This document shows, piece after piece, positions 1 through 9,856 of a DNA stretch of 64,000 bases. The DNA is taken from positions 96,001-160,000 of the forward strand of contig JAZURI010000003.1 of assembly GCA_045606105.1 (NCBI GenBank), read 5' to 3'. The DNA is from Spirochaetia bacterium (GTDB taxonomy: Bacteria; Spirochaetota; Spirochaetia; CADAEX01). Within the stretch, counting starts at the first letter, position 1; every line of letters begins with the position of its first letter. The notes under the pieces were generated by a model. The model saw only the letters and a list, made by a program, of their open reading frames with translations. It did not search any database and had not been told where the DNA came from. A program made the position numbers and the translations under genes.

Positions 1-1
1 G

Positions 2-697
2 CTCTGCAAGGATTGTATCGACAAGGGATTTTCTTCCGTAATGATTGACGGTTCAAGCAAGTCATTCGAGGAAAACATTGCTCTCACAAAGAAGGTTGTG
101 GATTATGCCCATCAGTTTGATGTAACAGTTGAAGGTGAGCTGGGAGTTCTTGCCGGCGTTGAGGACGAGGTAAGCTCAGAGGAATCCCATTATACAAGAC
201 CTGAAGATGTTGAGGAATTCGTAAAGAGAACAGGTGTTGATTCCCTGGCTATTTCCATCGGTACATCCCACGGTGCCAACAAGTTCCGCCCTGAACAGTG
301 TACAAGAAACGAAGAAGGAATCCTTGTTCCTCCTCCTCTCAGACTGGACATCCTTGAAGAGATTGAGAAGAGAATTCCTGGTTTCCCTATCGTTCTCCAT
401 GGATCATCCTCCGTACCGCAGGATTATGTAAAGACAATCAATTCCTACGGCGGAAAGCTTAAGGATGCCATCGGTATTCCTGAAGAACAGCTTCAGAAGG
501 CTGTAAGATCCACAGTATGCAAGGTAAACATCGACTCAGACGGAAGACTTGCCATGACAGCTGCCATCAGAAAATACATGGTAGAGGATCCTGCCGCATT
601 TGACCCAAGAAAATATCTTATTCCTGCAAGAGAGGCTCTCAAGGAACTTTACAAGCACAAGAACATCAACGTTCTGTTCTCTGCAGGCAAGGCCTGA
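2..697 (+). CDS. fba: Class II fructose-1,6-bisphosphate aldolase, 5'-truncated by window edge
   Basis: FSSVMIDGS, VEGELG, LAISIGTSHG, VLHGSS, KVNIDSD motifs; frame is open back to the window start. Confidence 0.95.
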   Translation, partial: LCKDCIDKGFSSVMIDGSSKSFEENIALTKKVVDYAHQFDVTVEGELGVLAGVEDEVSSEESHYTRPEDVEEFVKRTGVDSLAISIGTSHGANKFRPEQCTRNEEGILVPPPLRLDILEEIEKRIPGFPIVLHGSSSVPQDYVKTINSYGGKLKDAIGIPEEQLQKAVRSTVCKVNIDSDGRLAMTAAIRKYMVEDPAAFDPRKYLIPAREALKELYKHKNINVLFSAGKA

Positions 698-721
698 TTG
701 TCCATAACCCCGAAGACGAAG

Positions 722-759
722 AAAAAAGCCATCCTTTTCGGATGGCTTTTATTTTTTTT
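722..759. terminator. Bidirectional intrinsic terminator
   Basis: AAAAGCCATCC-TTTTC-GGATGGCTTTT hairpin with A and T tracts, between convergent genes. Confidence 0.85.
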
Positions 760-772
760 ATACAGTCTGTAA

Positions 773-1510
773 TCAGAGAACAGCTTTCAGGAACTGCCTG
801 AGTCTCAGACACTGAGGGTTGTCGAATATTTCTGCCGGTGTCCCTTCTTCGGCAATCTTTCCTTCGTGTATGAAAAGTATCCTGTCTGCCACTTCCCGGG
901 CAAATCCCATCTCGTGGGTAACCACCGCCATGGTCATTCCCTGTTCGGCAAGGTTCTTCATTACATTGAGAACTTCCCCTACCATTTCCGGGTCCAGCGC
1001 ACTGGTCGGTTCGTCAAAGAGCATCATGTCAGGCTCCATGGCCAGGGAGCGCACTATGGCAATTCTCTGCTTCTGTCCGCCGGAAAGCATAGACGGATAT
1101 ACATCTGCCTTGTCCAGCAGTCCCACCTGTTCCAGCAGCATAAGCCCCTTCTGTCTGGCCTCTTCCGGTGTCTTCAGCTTGAGTGTGACCGGTGCCAGTG
1201 TTATGTTTTCCATTACGGTAAGGTGCGGGAAAAGATTGAAATGCTGGAAAACCATACCTATTTTCTGCCTGCATTTGTCGATGTCGGTATCAGGTGCGGT
1301 AAGATCTGTCCCCTCAAAGGTTATGGTTCCTGCAGTGGGTGTTTCAAGCATGTTCAGACATCTGAGAAATGTACTCTTTCCGCATCCCGAAGGCCCGATG
1401 ATAACTATTTTTTCCCCTTTTCTGACAGTGGTGGAAATTCCGTTGAGCACATTGAGCTTTCCGAAGCTCTTGCGGAGATCCTTTACAGTTACGATAGTGT
1501 TATCTGTCAC
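773..1510 (-). CDS. Polar amino acid ABC transporter ATPase (GlnQ-like)
   Basis: [27 protein letters not shown]; likely GTG start at 1510. Confidence 0.95.
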   Translation of the reverse strand: MTDNTIVTVKDLRKSFGKLNVLNGISTTVRKGEKIVIIGPSGCGKSTFLRCLNMLETPTAGTITFEGTDLTAPDTDIDKCRQKIGMVFQHFNLFPHLTVMENITLAPVTLKLKTPEEARQKGLMLLEQVGLLDKADVYPSMLSGGQKQRIAIVRSLAMEPDMMLFDEPTSALDPEMVGEVLNVMKNLAEQGMTMAVVTHEMGFAREVADRILFIHEGKIAEEGTPAEIFDNPQCLRLRQFLKAVL

Positions 1511-2165
1511 TTTGAGCCATCCTTTTTTCAAAAATGCTGAATACCTTGGTGAGACCCAGTGTGAGTATCAGGTAGATGACAGCACAGGTAAGGAGAGGGA
1601 TCCACGCATTGTAGGTGGCGTTTCTGATCATGTCTCCCGCCTTTGTCATGTCCATTACCGCAATGAAGCTGGCTACCGATGTTTCCTTGATAAGGACGAT
1701 GAATTCGCTTGTGTAGGTAGGAAGTACCGCCTTTACGGCCTGAGGAAGGATAATCTTGAAAAGAGTCTGCTTCCTGTTAAGCCCCAGGGAACGTCCCGCT
1801 TCTGTCTGACCGATATCCACGCCCTGGATTCCGGCACGGAAGATTTCTGTACAGTAGGCGCCTGAGTTGAGTCCGTATGCCAGGATTGCCACCAGAAGCT
1901 TAGGGAGATGCAGAGGGGCAAACACTACGAAATAGAAAATCATGAGCTGAGTGGCAAGAGGAAGTCCTCTGAGAACCGTGGTATACAGGGTTGCAATGCC
2001 TTTCAGCAGCTTGTTGTCCGAGATTTTCATCAGAGCCATTATGCATCCCAGAACGGTTCCGATGATTATAGCACAAAAAGCAATGAGCAGGGTGATGCCC
2101 AGACCCTGGAGGATCAGGACATAACGTTCCCCTGCAATCATTGTATCATAGAATGACTGAATCAT
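1500..2165 (-). CDS. Polar amino acid ABC transporter permease
   Basis: RGLP motif, EAA-like [10 protein letters not shown], hydrophobic segments. Confidence 0.95.
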   Translation of the reverse strand: MIQSFYDTMIAGERYVLILQGLGITLLIAFCAIIIGTVLGCIMALMKISDNKLLKGIATLYTTVLRGLPLATQLMIFYFVVFAPLHLPKLLVAILAYGLNSGAYCTEIFRAGIQGVDIGQTEAGRSLGLNRKQTLFKIILPQAVKAVLPTYTSEFIVLIKETSVASFIAVMDMTKAGDMIRNATYNAWIPLLTCAVIYLILTLGLTKVFSIFEKRMAQSDR

Positions 2166-2941
2166 TTTTTGATGATGATTACCTGTTCGGAAGCATAGTA
2201 AGGAACAGAGAAGTCAACGTTTTTCTTTCTCTCTTCTGTAACTGACATTCCGGCTGCGATAAAGTCGATTGTTCCGGCCTGGAGTGCAGGAATAAGGCTG
2301 TCAAATGCCATGTCCACGATTGTCAGTCTGACATTTGCCTTCTTTGCAATGTATTCACCCATGGAGATGTCGAAACCTACGATATCCTTTCCTTCAACAT
2401 ATTCGAAAGGAGGGAATGCAGCGTTTGTTCCAAGCTTGATTTCTCCGGAGGAAGCGCTGTTTGCAATTGAAGGGATAACGATTTTTCCGTCTGCAGGCAT
2501 GAATGCGTTTACAAGCTTTTCATATCCGCCGTTGGACTGAAGTTCCTTGATTGTGGCATTTACCACATCGAGAACAGCCTTGTCCCCTTTCTTTACGGCA
2601 ATGGCATACTCTTCCTTGTTTGCTGTGAAGTAAGGATCCCTTACAATTGCCAGGTCAGGGTTCTTTGCCACGATTGCTTCTGCAGGAAGCTCGTCGATAA
2701 CAACACAGTCAATTGCTCCTGTCTTGAGGTCGAGAGCTGCATCGATACCGCTCTTGAAAGAAGAAAGCTTAACATCCTTTACGTTTTCCTGAACCCAGAG
2801 GTCTCCTGTGGTTCCGGACTGAACGCCTATCTTAAGACCTGTAAGGTCGTTGATGCCTTTGATTGTAACCTTTGATTTACCGCATCCTGCAAGTGCCAGG
2901 ACTGCAACAAGTAAAATCAATAAAACTGATGATTTTTTCAT
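2162..2941 (-). CDS. Amino acid ABC substrate-binding lipoprotein (family 3, halves permuted)
   Basis: LAGC lipobox; IGVQSGTTG, GTNAAFPPFEY, VTEERKKNVDFS motifs. Confidence 0.9.
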   Translation of the reverse strand: MKKSSVLLILLVAVLALAGCGKSKVTIKGINDLTGLKIGVQSGTTGDLWVQENVKDVKLSSFKSGIDAALDLKTGAIDCVVIDELPAEAIVAKNPDLAIVRDPYFTANKEEYAIAVKKGDKAVLDVVNATIKELQSNGGYEKLVNAFMPADGKIVIPSIANSASSGEIKLGTNAAFPPFEYVEGKDIVGFDISMGEYIAKKANVRLTIVDMAFDSLIPALQAGTIDFIAAGMSVTEERKKNVDFSVPYYASEQVIIIKK

Positions 2942-2984
2942 TTTTATACTCCTGTTATATTTATAGCAGATTATTCATATCTGT

Positions 2985-3950
2985 TCAATATTTATACATT
3001 TTCCAGGATGTGGCGATGAGGTTTTCCACGCTGCTGTGTTCCGCCTTCCAGCCCAGAAGGGTATGTGCAAGCTCCGACTCGGCCACCAGTACCGCAGGAT
3101 CTCCGGCTCTCCTGTCTCCGTATTCGTACGGAATCTGTACTCCGGTAATCTCAATGGCTTTTTCCACCATTTCCTTTACGCTTATTCCCTGTCCTGTTCC
3201 CAGGTTCACTATGATGTTTTTGCCGTTTTTCATGATATAGTCCGCAGCTGCCAGATGTCCTGTGGCCAGGTCTGTCACATGGATATAATCCCTGAGACAG
3301 GTTCCGTCGGGTGTAGGGTAGTCGTTTCCGTAGATTACCAGCTTTTCCCTGATTCCGCAGGCTGCTTCCATGATTATCGGAAGAAGGTTTGCCGGATTCT
3401 TTTCAAGTCCCTTTATTCTTCCTTCCGCATCGTAGCCGGCTGCATTGAAGTAGCGGAGGGCGGCAAAGTTTATTCCCTTGAGCTTTGAGTACCAGGAAAG
3501 GAATCTCTCTATTTCAAGCTTTGTAAAGCCGTAGTAGTTTTCAGGCTCTGTGGGGTGCTTCTCGTTTACGGGAAGGTATACAGGCTCTCCGTATACTGCG
3601 GCGGAGGATGAGAATACTATGTTTCCGATTCCGCATTTAACGGCACAGTTGATGATGTTCAGGGTTCCTGTAATGTTGTTTACCGAATATTTTTCAGGGA
3701 GTACCATGGATTCTCCCGCCGCCTTGAAGGCTGCCAGGTGGATTATCAGGTCAAAGCCCCCGGACATGGCCTTTTCCAGTGCCTCTGTATCCAGGATATC
3801 TCCGTTCACGAACCTTTCATCGGGGAATATGTTGACGGTCTGCCCGGTGGACAGGTTGTCGTAGACTGTAATATCATGACCGTTGTCAAGAAAGTGTCTT
3901 GCAACGTGGGAACCGATATATCCGGCTCCTCCTATGATAAGGACTTTCAT
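2985..3950 (-). CDS. galE: UDP-glucose 4-epimerase
   Basis: GGAGYIGSH, YxxxK, RYFNAAG, DGTCLRDYIHV. Confidence 0.95.
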   Translation of the reverse strand: MKVLIIGGAGYIGSHVARHFLDNGHDITVYDNLSTGQTVNIFPDERFVNGDILDTEALEKAMSGGFDLIIHLAAFKAAGESMVLPEKYSVNNITGTLNIINCAVKCGIGNIVFSSSAAVYGEPVYLPVNEKHPTEPENYYGFTKLEIERFLSWYSKLKGINFAALRYFNAAGYDAEGRIKGLEKNPANLLPIIMEAACGIREKLVIYGNDYPTPDGTCLRDYIHVTDLATGHLAAADYIMKNGKNIIVNLGTGQGISVKEMVEKAIEITGVQIPYEYGDRRAGDPAVLVAESELAHTLLGWKAEHSSVENLIATSWKMYKY

Positions 3951-4023
3951 TTTTTTCTCCTTTTATAAACAATAATGGAAAAAACCTGCTTCTGCAAGGC
4001 TTTTTGTATGTTATAATACCGAT

Positions 4024-4875
4024 ATGAAAAAAATACGCTTATATATATTTTCTTTGTTTTTCCTGATTCAGGGGCTGTTTCTGTTCGGGGAGGAGACTGT
4101 CATAGTTTCCTGGAATATATGTCATCCCGGAGAGAACCGGAGCACCTTCATGAATACTGCAGGATGGCTGGTTGAGGAGTATGATGTGGATATCCTGGCG
4201 GTTCAGGAGATCAATGTGAACAACAAGGGCTTTCTGGCTCAGCTGGAGAAGATGCTGGAGGTATCGACCGGGGAGGAGTGGTCCTCTGTTTCCACTGCCG
4301 TGCATGAAAGGATAAAGAACATGACAATAGGGGACCAGTTCTATAACTGCTTCAGGAATGACCAGAACAATGCCTTTCTTTACAGAACCGGCAGGTTTGA
4401 TGCGGTAAACAAATACAAGGCCTATTCCTTTGATAATTTTGCGGAGTGCCGGTACAAGGTGGACAAGAACAACATGCTGGTGACCCTTTTCAGGGATAAG
4501 GAAACCAAGGCCTCCTTCACCCTGATAAATGTCCATCTTCCGTACAACAACAAGGATAACCGGCTCAGGGACCTTTATACCGCGGCCCGTCTTTTCTATA
4601 ACATACCCGATTCAAAGAACAAGATAATAATGGGAGATTTCAACTACCGGGCCCACGAGATGTCCAAGGGCTTTCCGTATGTGGCAATAAAAAAGGCCAC
4701 CACGGTGAATACCAAGGGACAGTATGCCAACAGCTACGACCATTTTGCCTACAACAGGAAGGTGGCCGACAGCCTGGTCGGTGAGCCTGTGGTGCTGAGG
4801 ATTGCCGATGCCGAGTACAGGAAGCTGGTTTCGGACCATGTTCCCATACTCATGCGGGTCAGTTTTTCAGAATAA
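4024..4875 (+). CDS. Secreted endonuclease/exonuclease/phosphatase family protein
   Basis: Signal peptide; SWN, VQE, GDFN and SDH motifs. Confidence 0.85.
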   Translation: MKKIRLYIFSLFFLIQGLFLFGEETVIVSWNICHPGENRSTFMNTAGWLVEEYDVDILAVQEINVNNKGFLAQLEKMLEVSTGEEWSSVSTAVHERIKNMTIGDQFYNCFRNDQNNAFLYRTGRFDAVNKYKAYSFDNFAECRYKVDKNNMLVTLFRDKETKASFTLINVHLPYNNKDNRLRDLYTAARLFYNIPDSKNKIIMGDFNYRAHEMSKGFPYVAIKKATTVNTKGQYANSYDHFAYNRKVADSLVGEPVVLRIADAEYRKLVSDHVPILMRVSFSE

Positions 4876-6718
4876 ATCTTCTGAGTGATTTCTGCTCCAG
4901 AGCCTTCTGTCTCTCCTTCAGCCTCTCCTCCAGGTTCCGGATTGCCCGGATGTTTTCCGAGATCCTGGATTTCATCAGGTTGTATTTGTCCATTTCTCCG
5001 TTGAAATCTTCCCTGATTTCAGCCAGTCTTTCGTCCACGCGGTTTCTGAGCTTTTCCTTCATGGTATTGATTTCGGCAGTCATTACTTTCCTGAGTCCGT
5101 CAGATATCTGCCTGTCAAGGTCGGTTTCCAGGTCTATGTCCAGATCTTTTTCAGGGTCAAAGGCAAAGGTGATTCCGATTTCGGCGCTTTTTATCTCTGC
5201 CAGTACATCTGAATAAAGGTCGAAGATGAAATCAGGCTCAAATTTTTCCGGTACAAGCATGACCTGACTCAGGCTTACCGCACCTCTGGCCTCTGTCCTT
5301 CCCCCTGTGCCGCAGGTGATTCCTGCCCTGGCTTTTCCGGCTCCCTCCATGGAGATGACATCATCTGCCTCCATCTTTACAGGATAGCTTCCTCCGTCGA
5401 AGCTGATATCCAGCATGTTTTTCTCCGGTCTGCTCCTGAAGTCTCCGGTAAAGCTGATATTTTCCCTGTAGCTGTCCCTTGCCAGAGCCATTTTACCTGT
5501 TACAGGCATGTCAAGGAGATCGGCGTTGTTGCTGATGTTGCATATGGTTCCTTCCACCGCAAATTTTCCGTCGGGAGAGTTTCCGCCCAGTGTCAGTTCC
5601 TTTATGAGGAAGGATGGAAGATCACGGCTGTACGCCACATTTCTTCCTTCAGCCCTGACCACAAGCTTTTTAGGCTCCTTTTTCTTTTCCGGAAGCTTTA
5701 TGGTTTTTCCCGACTGCTGGAATTCCCTTGCTGCCTCAATGCCGTCCAGGAATACCGGATACCATTTTCCCAGAAGCTCCACGCATACCGTATCCAGATA
5801 GCCGGAAATGAATTTTTCCCCATCCTTTATATCGGGTATCTTTATCTCCTTTATCTTGTTTCTGACAAGATCGGAGTCATGCTGTACGGAGCTGCTGAAA
5901 TCATGGGCCAGTTTTTGAATGGATTCAGTATCGCCGGTAAACTGAAGCTGGATTTCCTCAGCCTGATCCCTCAGAGCCTTTACGGAATCCACCATTTTCT
6001 TTACATCCTTTATCAGCTCCACGATTTTTGCCGGGGTGAGACCGTCATCCATGTCGGTTTCGCTGAGCTTTTCTATCCTCTCCTCGAACAGCTCGATTTC
6101 TTTCTTTGTCTCATCGATCCTGTTTTCCCAGTTTTCGACTATTGTCTCCATCCGGTTAAGGATTTCATCCTTCATCTCCGGGGTTTTCAGGGAATCCAGG
6201 GTCTCCTCCATGAAGGTTTCGGGATTGTAGGTTCCCAGTATGGATGCCACATCTGCCTGTGCCTTTTCCGAAAGGGCCTTGAGTACTGCATCCTTCTTTA
6301 CCTCGAATTTTTTCTTTACGGCCCTTTCCAGTATATATTTTTCATTTTCAGGCAGGGCCCCGGAGGTTTTTCTCGGAGTGCCGTAGGTGATTCCGGTCAT
6401 TTCTCCCTTTTCCGTAACAAATTTTCCTTTGAGAAGCTGTCTCATGTCAAAGTCCAGAACCACATTCTCTATTTCAAAGAGGTTCTCCATGGGCCTCTCC
6501 TTGTCGGCAACGGCAATTTCCCTTATGGTGAGGCTGGAGTCGAATATCTTTAGGTTTACATATCCGATATCTGCTTTTGCCTGGAAAATGTTCTGAAGGC
6601 TGACAGTCATTATTTTTCTGACCAGAGGATTCTTTCCCGCATTTACGGTTGTTACCACTGCGGCAATCAATGCTGCGCACAGGGCTATTCTTACTATTCT
6701 TATTCTTCCTTTAGTCAT
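4859..6718 (-). CDS. TIGR03545-family protein
   Basis: N-terminal anchor, PMENLF and GTPRKTSGAL motifs, coiled coils; adjacent to a TIGR03546-like gene. Confidence 0.8.
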   Translation of the reverse strand: MTKGRIRIVRIALCAALIAAVVTTVNAGKNPLVRKIMTVSLQNIFQAKADIGYVNLKIFDSSLTIREIAVADKERPMENLFEIENVVLDFDMRQLLKGKFVTEKGEMTGITYGTPRKTSGALPENEKYILERAVKKKFEVKKDAVLKALSEKAQADVASILGTYNPETFMEETLDSLKTPEMKDEILNRMETIVENWENRIDETKKEIELFEERIEKLSETDMDDGLTPAKIVELIKDVKKMVDSVKALRDQAEEIQLQFTGDTESIQKLAHDFSSSVQHDSDLVRNKIKEIKIPDIKDGEKFISGYLDTVCVELLGKWYPVFLDGIEAAREFQQSGKTIKLPEKKKEPKKLVVRAEGRNVAYSRDLPSFLIKELTLGGNSPDGKFAVEGTICNISNNADLLDMPVTGKMALARDSYRENISFTGDFRSRPEKNMLDISFDGGSYPVKMEADDVISMEGAGKARAGITCGTGGRTEARGAVSLSQVMLVPEKFEPDFIFDLYSDVLAEIKSAEIGITFAFDPEKDLDIDLETDLDRQISDGLRKVMTAEINTMKEKLRNRVDERLAEIREDFNGEMDKYNLMKSRISENIRAIRNLEERLKERQKALEQKSLRRFILKN

Positions 6719-7211
6719 CTTTTTCCACCTTGAACAACGGTATGTTTACCAGGATCCTGTACAGTCTGCTTTTCCTGAACTTCGGCGCAAGGCTGCTTCT
6801 CCAGTTCTTCACGAAAACCAGTCCCAGAACAGTAAACGGGATATAGAGAACGATTCCCCATACCAGGGAGCCCATCACCACGGAGTTGTTGAACCTGGTA
6901 TAGATCACGAAAGGAATTTCCGCCAGGGAGGCAAAGAAGGGAATCAGCCCTTCAGAGGTGAGTACCGCATAGCCCGTGCTGTCAAAGAAGCTGTCCAGCA
7001 GAGGGATGAAAACCGAACCCAGCAGTATGCTGAGAAAAAGGGTGGCTCTGTTTATTCTCAGGAAGAATGTCAGCAGGAAAAGTAATATCCAGAGCAGGTT
7101 TCCTTTCGGGACAAAAGCCAGAAGCATTCCCAGGGCAAAGGCATGGGCCAGCTCCCCCGGAGCATTGTTTGAGTTCAGTGCCTTGAACATTTTCTGAAGG
7201 TTTTTTACCAT
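6711..7211 (-). CDS. TIGR03546-family membrane protein
   Basis: LNSNxxPGELA and TRFNNSVVMGS motifs. Confidence 0.85.
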   Translation of the reverse strand: MVKNLQKMFKALNSNNAPGELAHAFALGMLLAFVPKGNLLWILLFLLTFFLRINRATLFLSILLGSVFIPLLDSFFDSTGYAVLTSEGLIPFFASLAEIPFVIYTRFNNSVVMGSLVWGIVLYIPFTVLGLVFVKNWRSSLAPKFRKSRLYRILVNIPLFKVEKDD

Positions 7212-7289
7212 TTTTACCTCGTCTGTTATAAATATTATATTATAAATATAAATATTGCACTATATTTTTTATAATGTTATTATATTATC

Positions 7290-8408
7290 ATGCCTGTAAC
7301 ATACGCAAAAGTTAATATATCAAATTTTCTTCATAATCTTTCATCTGTCAGGAAGCTTACAGGCCGTAAGATATGTATGGCTGCCAAGGCCGACTGCTAC
7401 GGACACGGTACTGCGGTTCTGGTAAAGGCAGGGGCCGATGCAGGTCTGCTGGATGCTGCCGGAGTGGCCGATATTTCGGAAGCAGTAATAATGCGGGAAC
7501 TGGGAATCCGTATCCCTATCCTGGTATTCAGGGGATGTCTTGAGGAGGAACTGTACAAGCTGGTCGAATATGATATCCAGCCCTTTGTTTCCGATATTGC
7601 CTACATCAGGGCGGTGGAGAAATGTGCCGAAGAGGCGGGAAAGAAGATTCCGGTTCATCTGAAGATAGATTCCGGAATGAGCCGTGCAGGATGCTCCCCG
7701 TCGGAGGCTCTTGAACTGGCACGGTATATAAAAGAGAGCAGCAGCCTTGTGCTGGAGGGAATCTGTTCCCATCTGGCCGTATCGGACAGCTTTACTCCGG
7801 AATGTGTTTCCGATACAAGAAAGCAGATAAGGATATTTGATGAAACCCTGAAAGATATCCGCAGTGAAGGGATAAGCCCTTCGGTGGTTCACTGTGCCGC
7901 ATCGGGAGCAATACTGGCTTATCCCGAAACCTATTATGATATGGTAAGGCCGGGAATACTTCTCTACGGCTATCCGCCCAGCAGGGAATGCTACGGCAGG
8001 CTTGAGCTTAAGCCGGTAATGGATTTCATTTCCCATGTTATCCTGGTAAAAAGGATAAGGAAGGGGGAGAAGGTTTCCTACGGATTTACCTGGCAGGCAA
8101 TGCAGGATACCACGGTGGCGGTAATCGGGGCCGGTTATGCCGACGGCTTCAACAGGCTTCTTTCCAATCAGGGAAGGGTATCCATCAACGGAGTGGCCTA
8201 TCCGGTGGCCGGAAGGGTGTGCATGGACCAGTTCATGGTGAATCTGGGAGATAACCCCGAAAATGTAAAGGCAGGAGATGAGGCAGTGCTTTTCGGCAAC
8301 GGTAAAAATGCCATGGATGCATTTGATGCCGCCGATATATGCAATACCATTTCCTACGAACTGTTGTGTAACATAAACAAGCGTGTAACGCGTATCTATA
8401 TAGAATAA
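7290..8408 (+). CDS. alr: Alanine racemase
   Basis: KADCYGHG PLP-lysine motif, HLKIDSGMSR, GRVCMDQ, TISYE. Confidence 0.95.
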   Translation: MPVTYAKVNISNFLHNLSSVRKLTGRKICMAAKADCYGHGTAVLVKAGADAGLLDAAGVADISEAVIMRELGIRIPILVFRGCLEEELYKLVEYDIQPFVSDIAYIRAVEKCAEEAGKKIPVHLKIDSGMSRAGCSPSEALELARYIKESSSLVLEGICSHLAVSDSFTPECVSDTRKQIRIFDETLKDIRSEGISPSVVHCAASGAILAYPETYYDMVRPGILLYGYPPSRECYGRLELKPVMDFISHVILVKRIRKGEKVSYGFTWQAMQDTTVAVIGAGYADGFNRLLSNQGRVSINGVAYPVAGRVCMDQFMVNLGDNPENVKAGDEAVLFGNGKNAMDAFDAADICNTISYELLCNINKRVTRIYIE

Positions 8409-8419
8409 AAGGAGAATGT

Positions 8420-9847
8420 ATGTACGATATAGCAATCATTGGTGCCGGTGTGACAGGTGCCGCCATTGCGAGAGAGCTCTCAAGGTACAAGCTCAATATC
8501 ATTGTTCTCGAAAAGGGTAATGATGTCTGTGCCGGTACTTCAAAGGCCAATTCTTCTATTGTGCATGCCGGATACGATCCTGAACCGGGAACTCTCATGG
8601 CCCGGCTTAACAGGGACGGCAATGCTATGTTCGATCAGCTTACTGAGGAACTTTCGGTTCCGTTTACTAGATGCGGCTCCTATGTTGTAGCCCTTACAGA
8701 TGAACAGGTAGAAAATGTAAAGATGCTTTATGAAAGGGGAATCAGAAACGGGATTCCGGGTCTTGAGATTGTCAGCTGTGAACAGCTTCTGGAGAAGGAG
8801 CCGGCAGCAACCCCTGAGGCAAAGGCTGCTCTTTATGCCCCTACGGCAGGAGTGGTGGATCCGATGCTTCTTACCATAGCCCTCATGGAGAATGCCGTAA
8901 TGAACGGTGTGGGCTACAGGCTCAACTACAAGGTTGAGAACATAGAGCGTATTGAGGGGGGCTACAGGATAACCGGAACAGGAGAAAACATCGAGGCAGA
9001 ATGCGTGATCAATGCTGCCGGAGTCTATTCCGATGTGATCCACAACATGGTCAGCGAGCCTGATTTTACCATCACACCGAAGATCGGTCAGTATTTCCTT
9101 CTGGACAAGAGCGAAAACGACAAGATCAAATCCTGTCTTTTCCCATGTCCTGACAAGAACGGAAAGGGAATCCTGGTGGCCAGGTCTGTACACGGAAACG
9201 TAATCCTGGGACCTACATCAGACAAGGACAATGACAAGGACAACACAGCCACATCCGAAGAGGCCCTCAACAGGGTACGGACAGGATGTTCAAAGCTGGT
9301 GCCGTCCATCACCACAAGAAACTGTATCAGGAATTTTTCAGGTATGAGAGCCGAACCTTCCAACGATGACTTCATCATCCGGGAGGTAAAGGATGCCCCT
9401 AAGTTCATCGATGCCGCAGGTATCAAGTCTCCGGGACTTACATCTGCACCGGCAATAGCCCTTTATGTGGCTGAAATCGTGGAAAAAGCGGGAATCAGGC
9501 TGGAAAAGAAGGAAAACTTCAATCCGTATGTAAAGAGAAAGCCGTTCATGGAGCTTTCCAAGGAGGAGCAGGCTGCCCTTGTAGCCAAGGATCCGAGATA
9601 CGGAAGAATCATCTGCCGCTGTGAAAAGATTACCGAGGGAGAGATTGTGGAGGAGATCCACAGGATTATTCCTGCCAGGACACTGGATGCAGTCAAGAGA
9701 AGATGTCGTCCGGGAATGGGTAGATGTCAGGGCGGTTTCTGCAGTCCTAAGGTTCATGAGATTCTTGCCCGGGAGCTGGGCTGCGATTGGAAGGATATAG
9801 AGCTTGACAAGAAGGGCTCCTACATTCTTACAGGAAAGACAAAATAG
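8420..9847 (+). CDS. FAD-dependent oxidoreductase with C-terminal BFD-like [2Fe-2S] domain (GlpA/LhgO-like)
   Basis: GAGVTG, SKANSSIVHAG, ICRCE...GRCQGGFC. Confidence 0.9.
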   Translation: MYDIAIIGAGVTGAAIARELSRYKLNIIVLEKGNDVCAGTSKANSSIVHAGYDPEPGTLMARLNRDGNAMFDQLTEELSVPFTRCGSYVVALTDEQVENVKMLYERGIRNGIPGLEIVSCEQLLEKEPAATPEAKAALYAPTAGVVDPMLLTIALMENAVMNGVGYRLNYKVENIERIEGGYRITGTGENIEAECVINAAGVYSDVIHNMVSEPDFTITPKIGQYFLLDKSENDKIKSCLFPCPDKNGKGILVARSVHGNVILGPTSDKDNDKDNTATSEEALNRVRTGCSKLVPSITTRNCIRNFSGMRAEPSNDDFIIREVKDAPKFIDAAGIKSPGLTSAPAIALYVAEIVEKAGIRLEKKENFNPYVKRKPFMELSKEEQAALVAKDPRYGRIICRCEKITEGEIVEEIHRIIPARTLDAVKRRCRPGMGRCQGGFCSPKVHEILARELGCDWKDIELDKKGSYILTGKTK

Positions 9848-9856
9848 GGGGCAGGT

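Noticed and set aside
819-1865. 348-aa plus-strand ORF
   Set aside because: Antisense shadow of the ABC ATPase and permease genes; no recognisable motifs.
7341-8435. 364-aa minus-strand ORF
   Set aside because: Antisense to alr and not protein-like.
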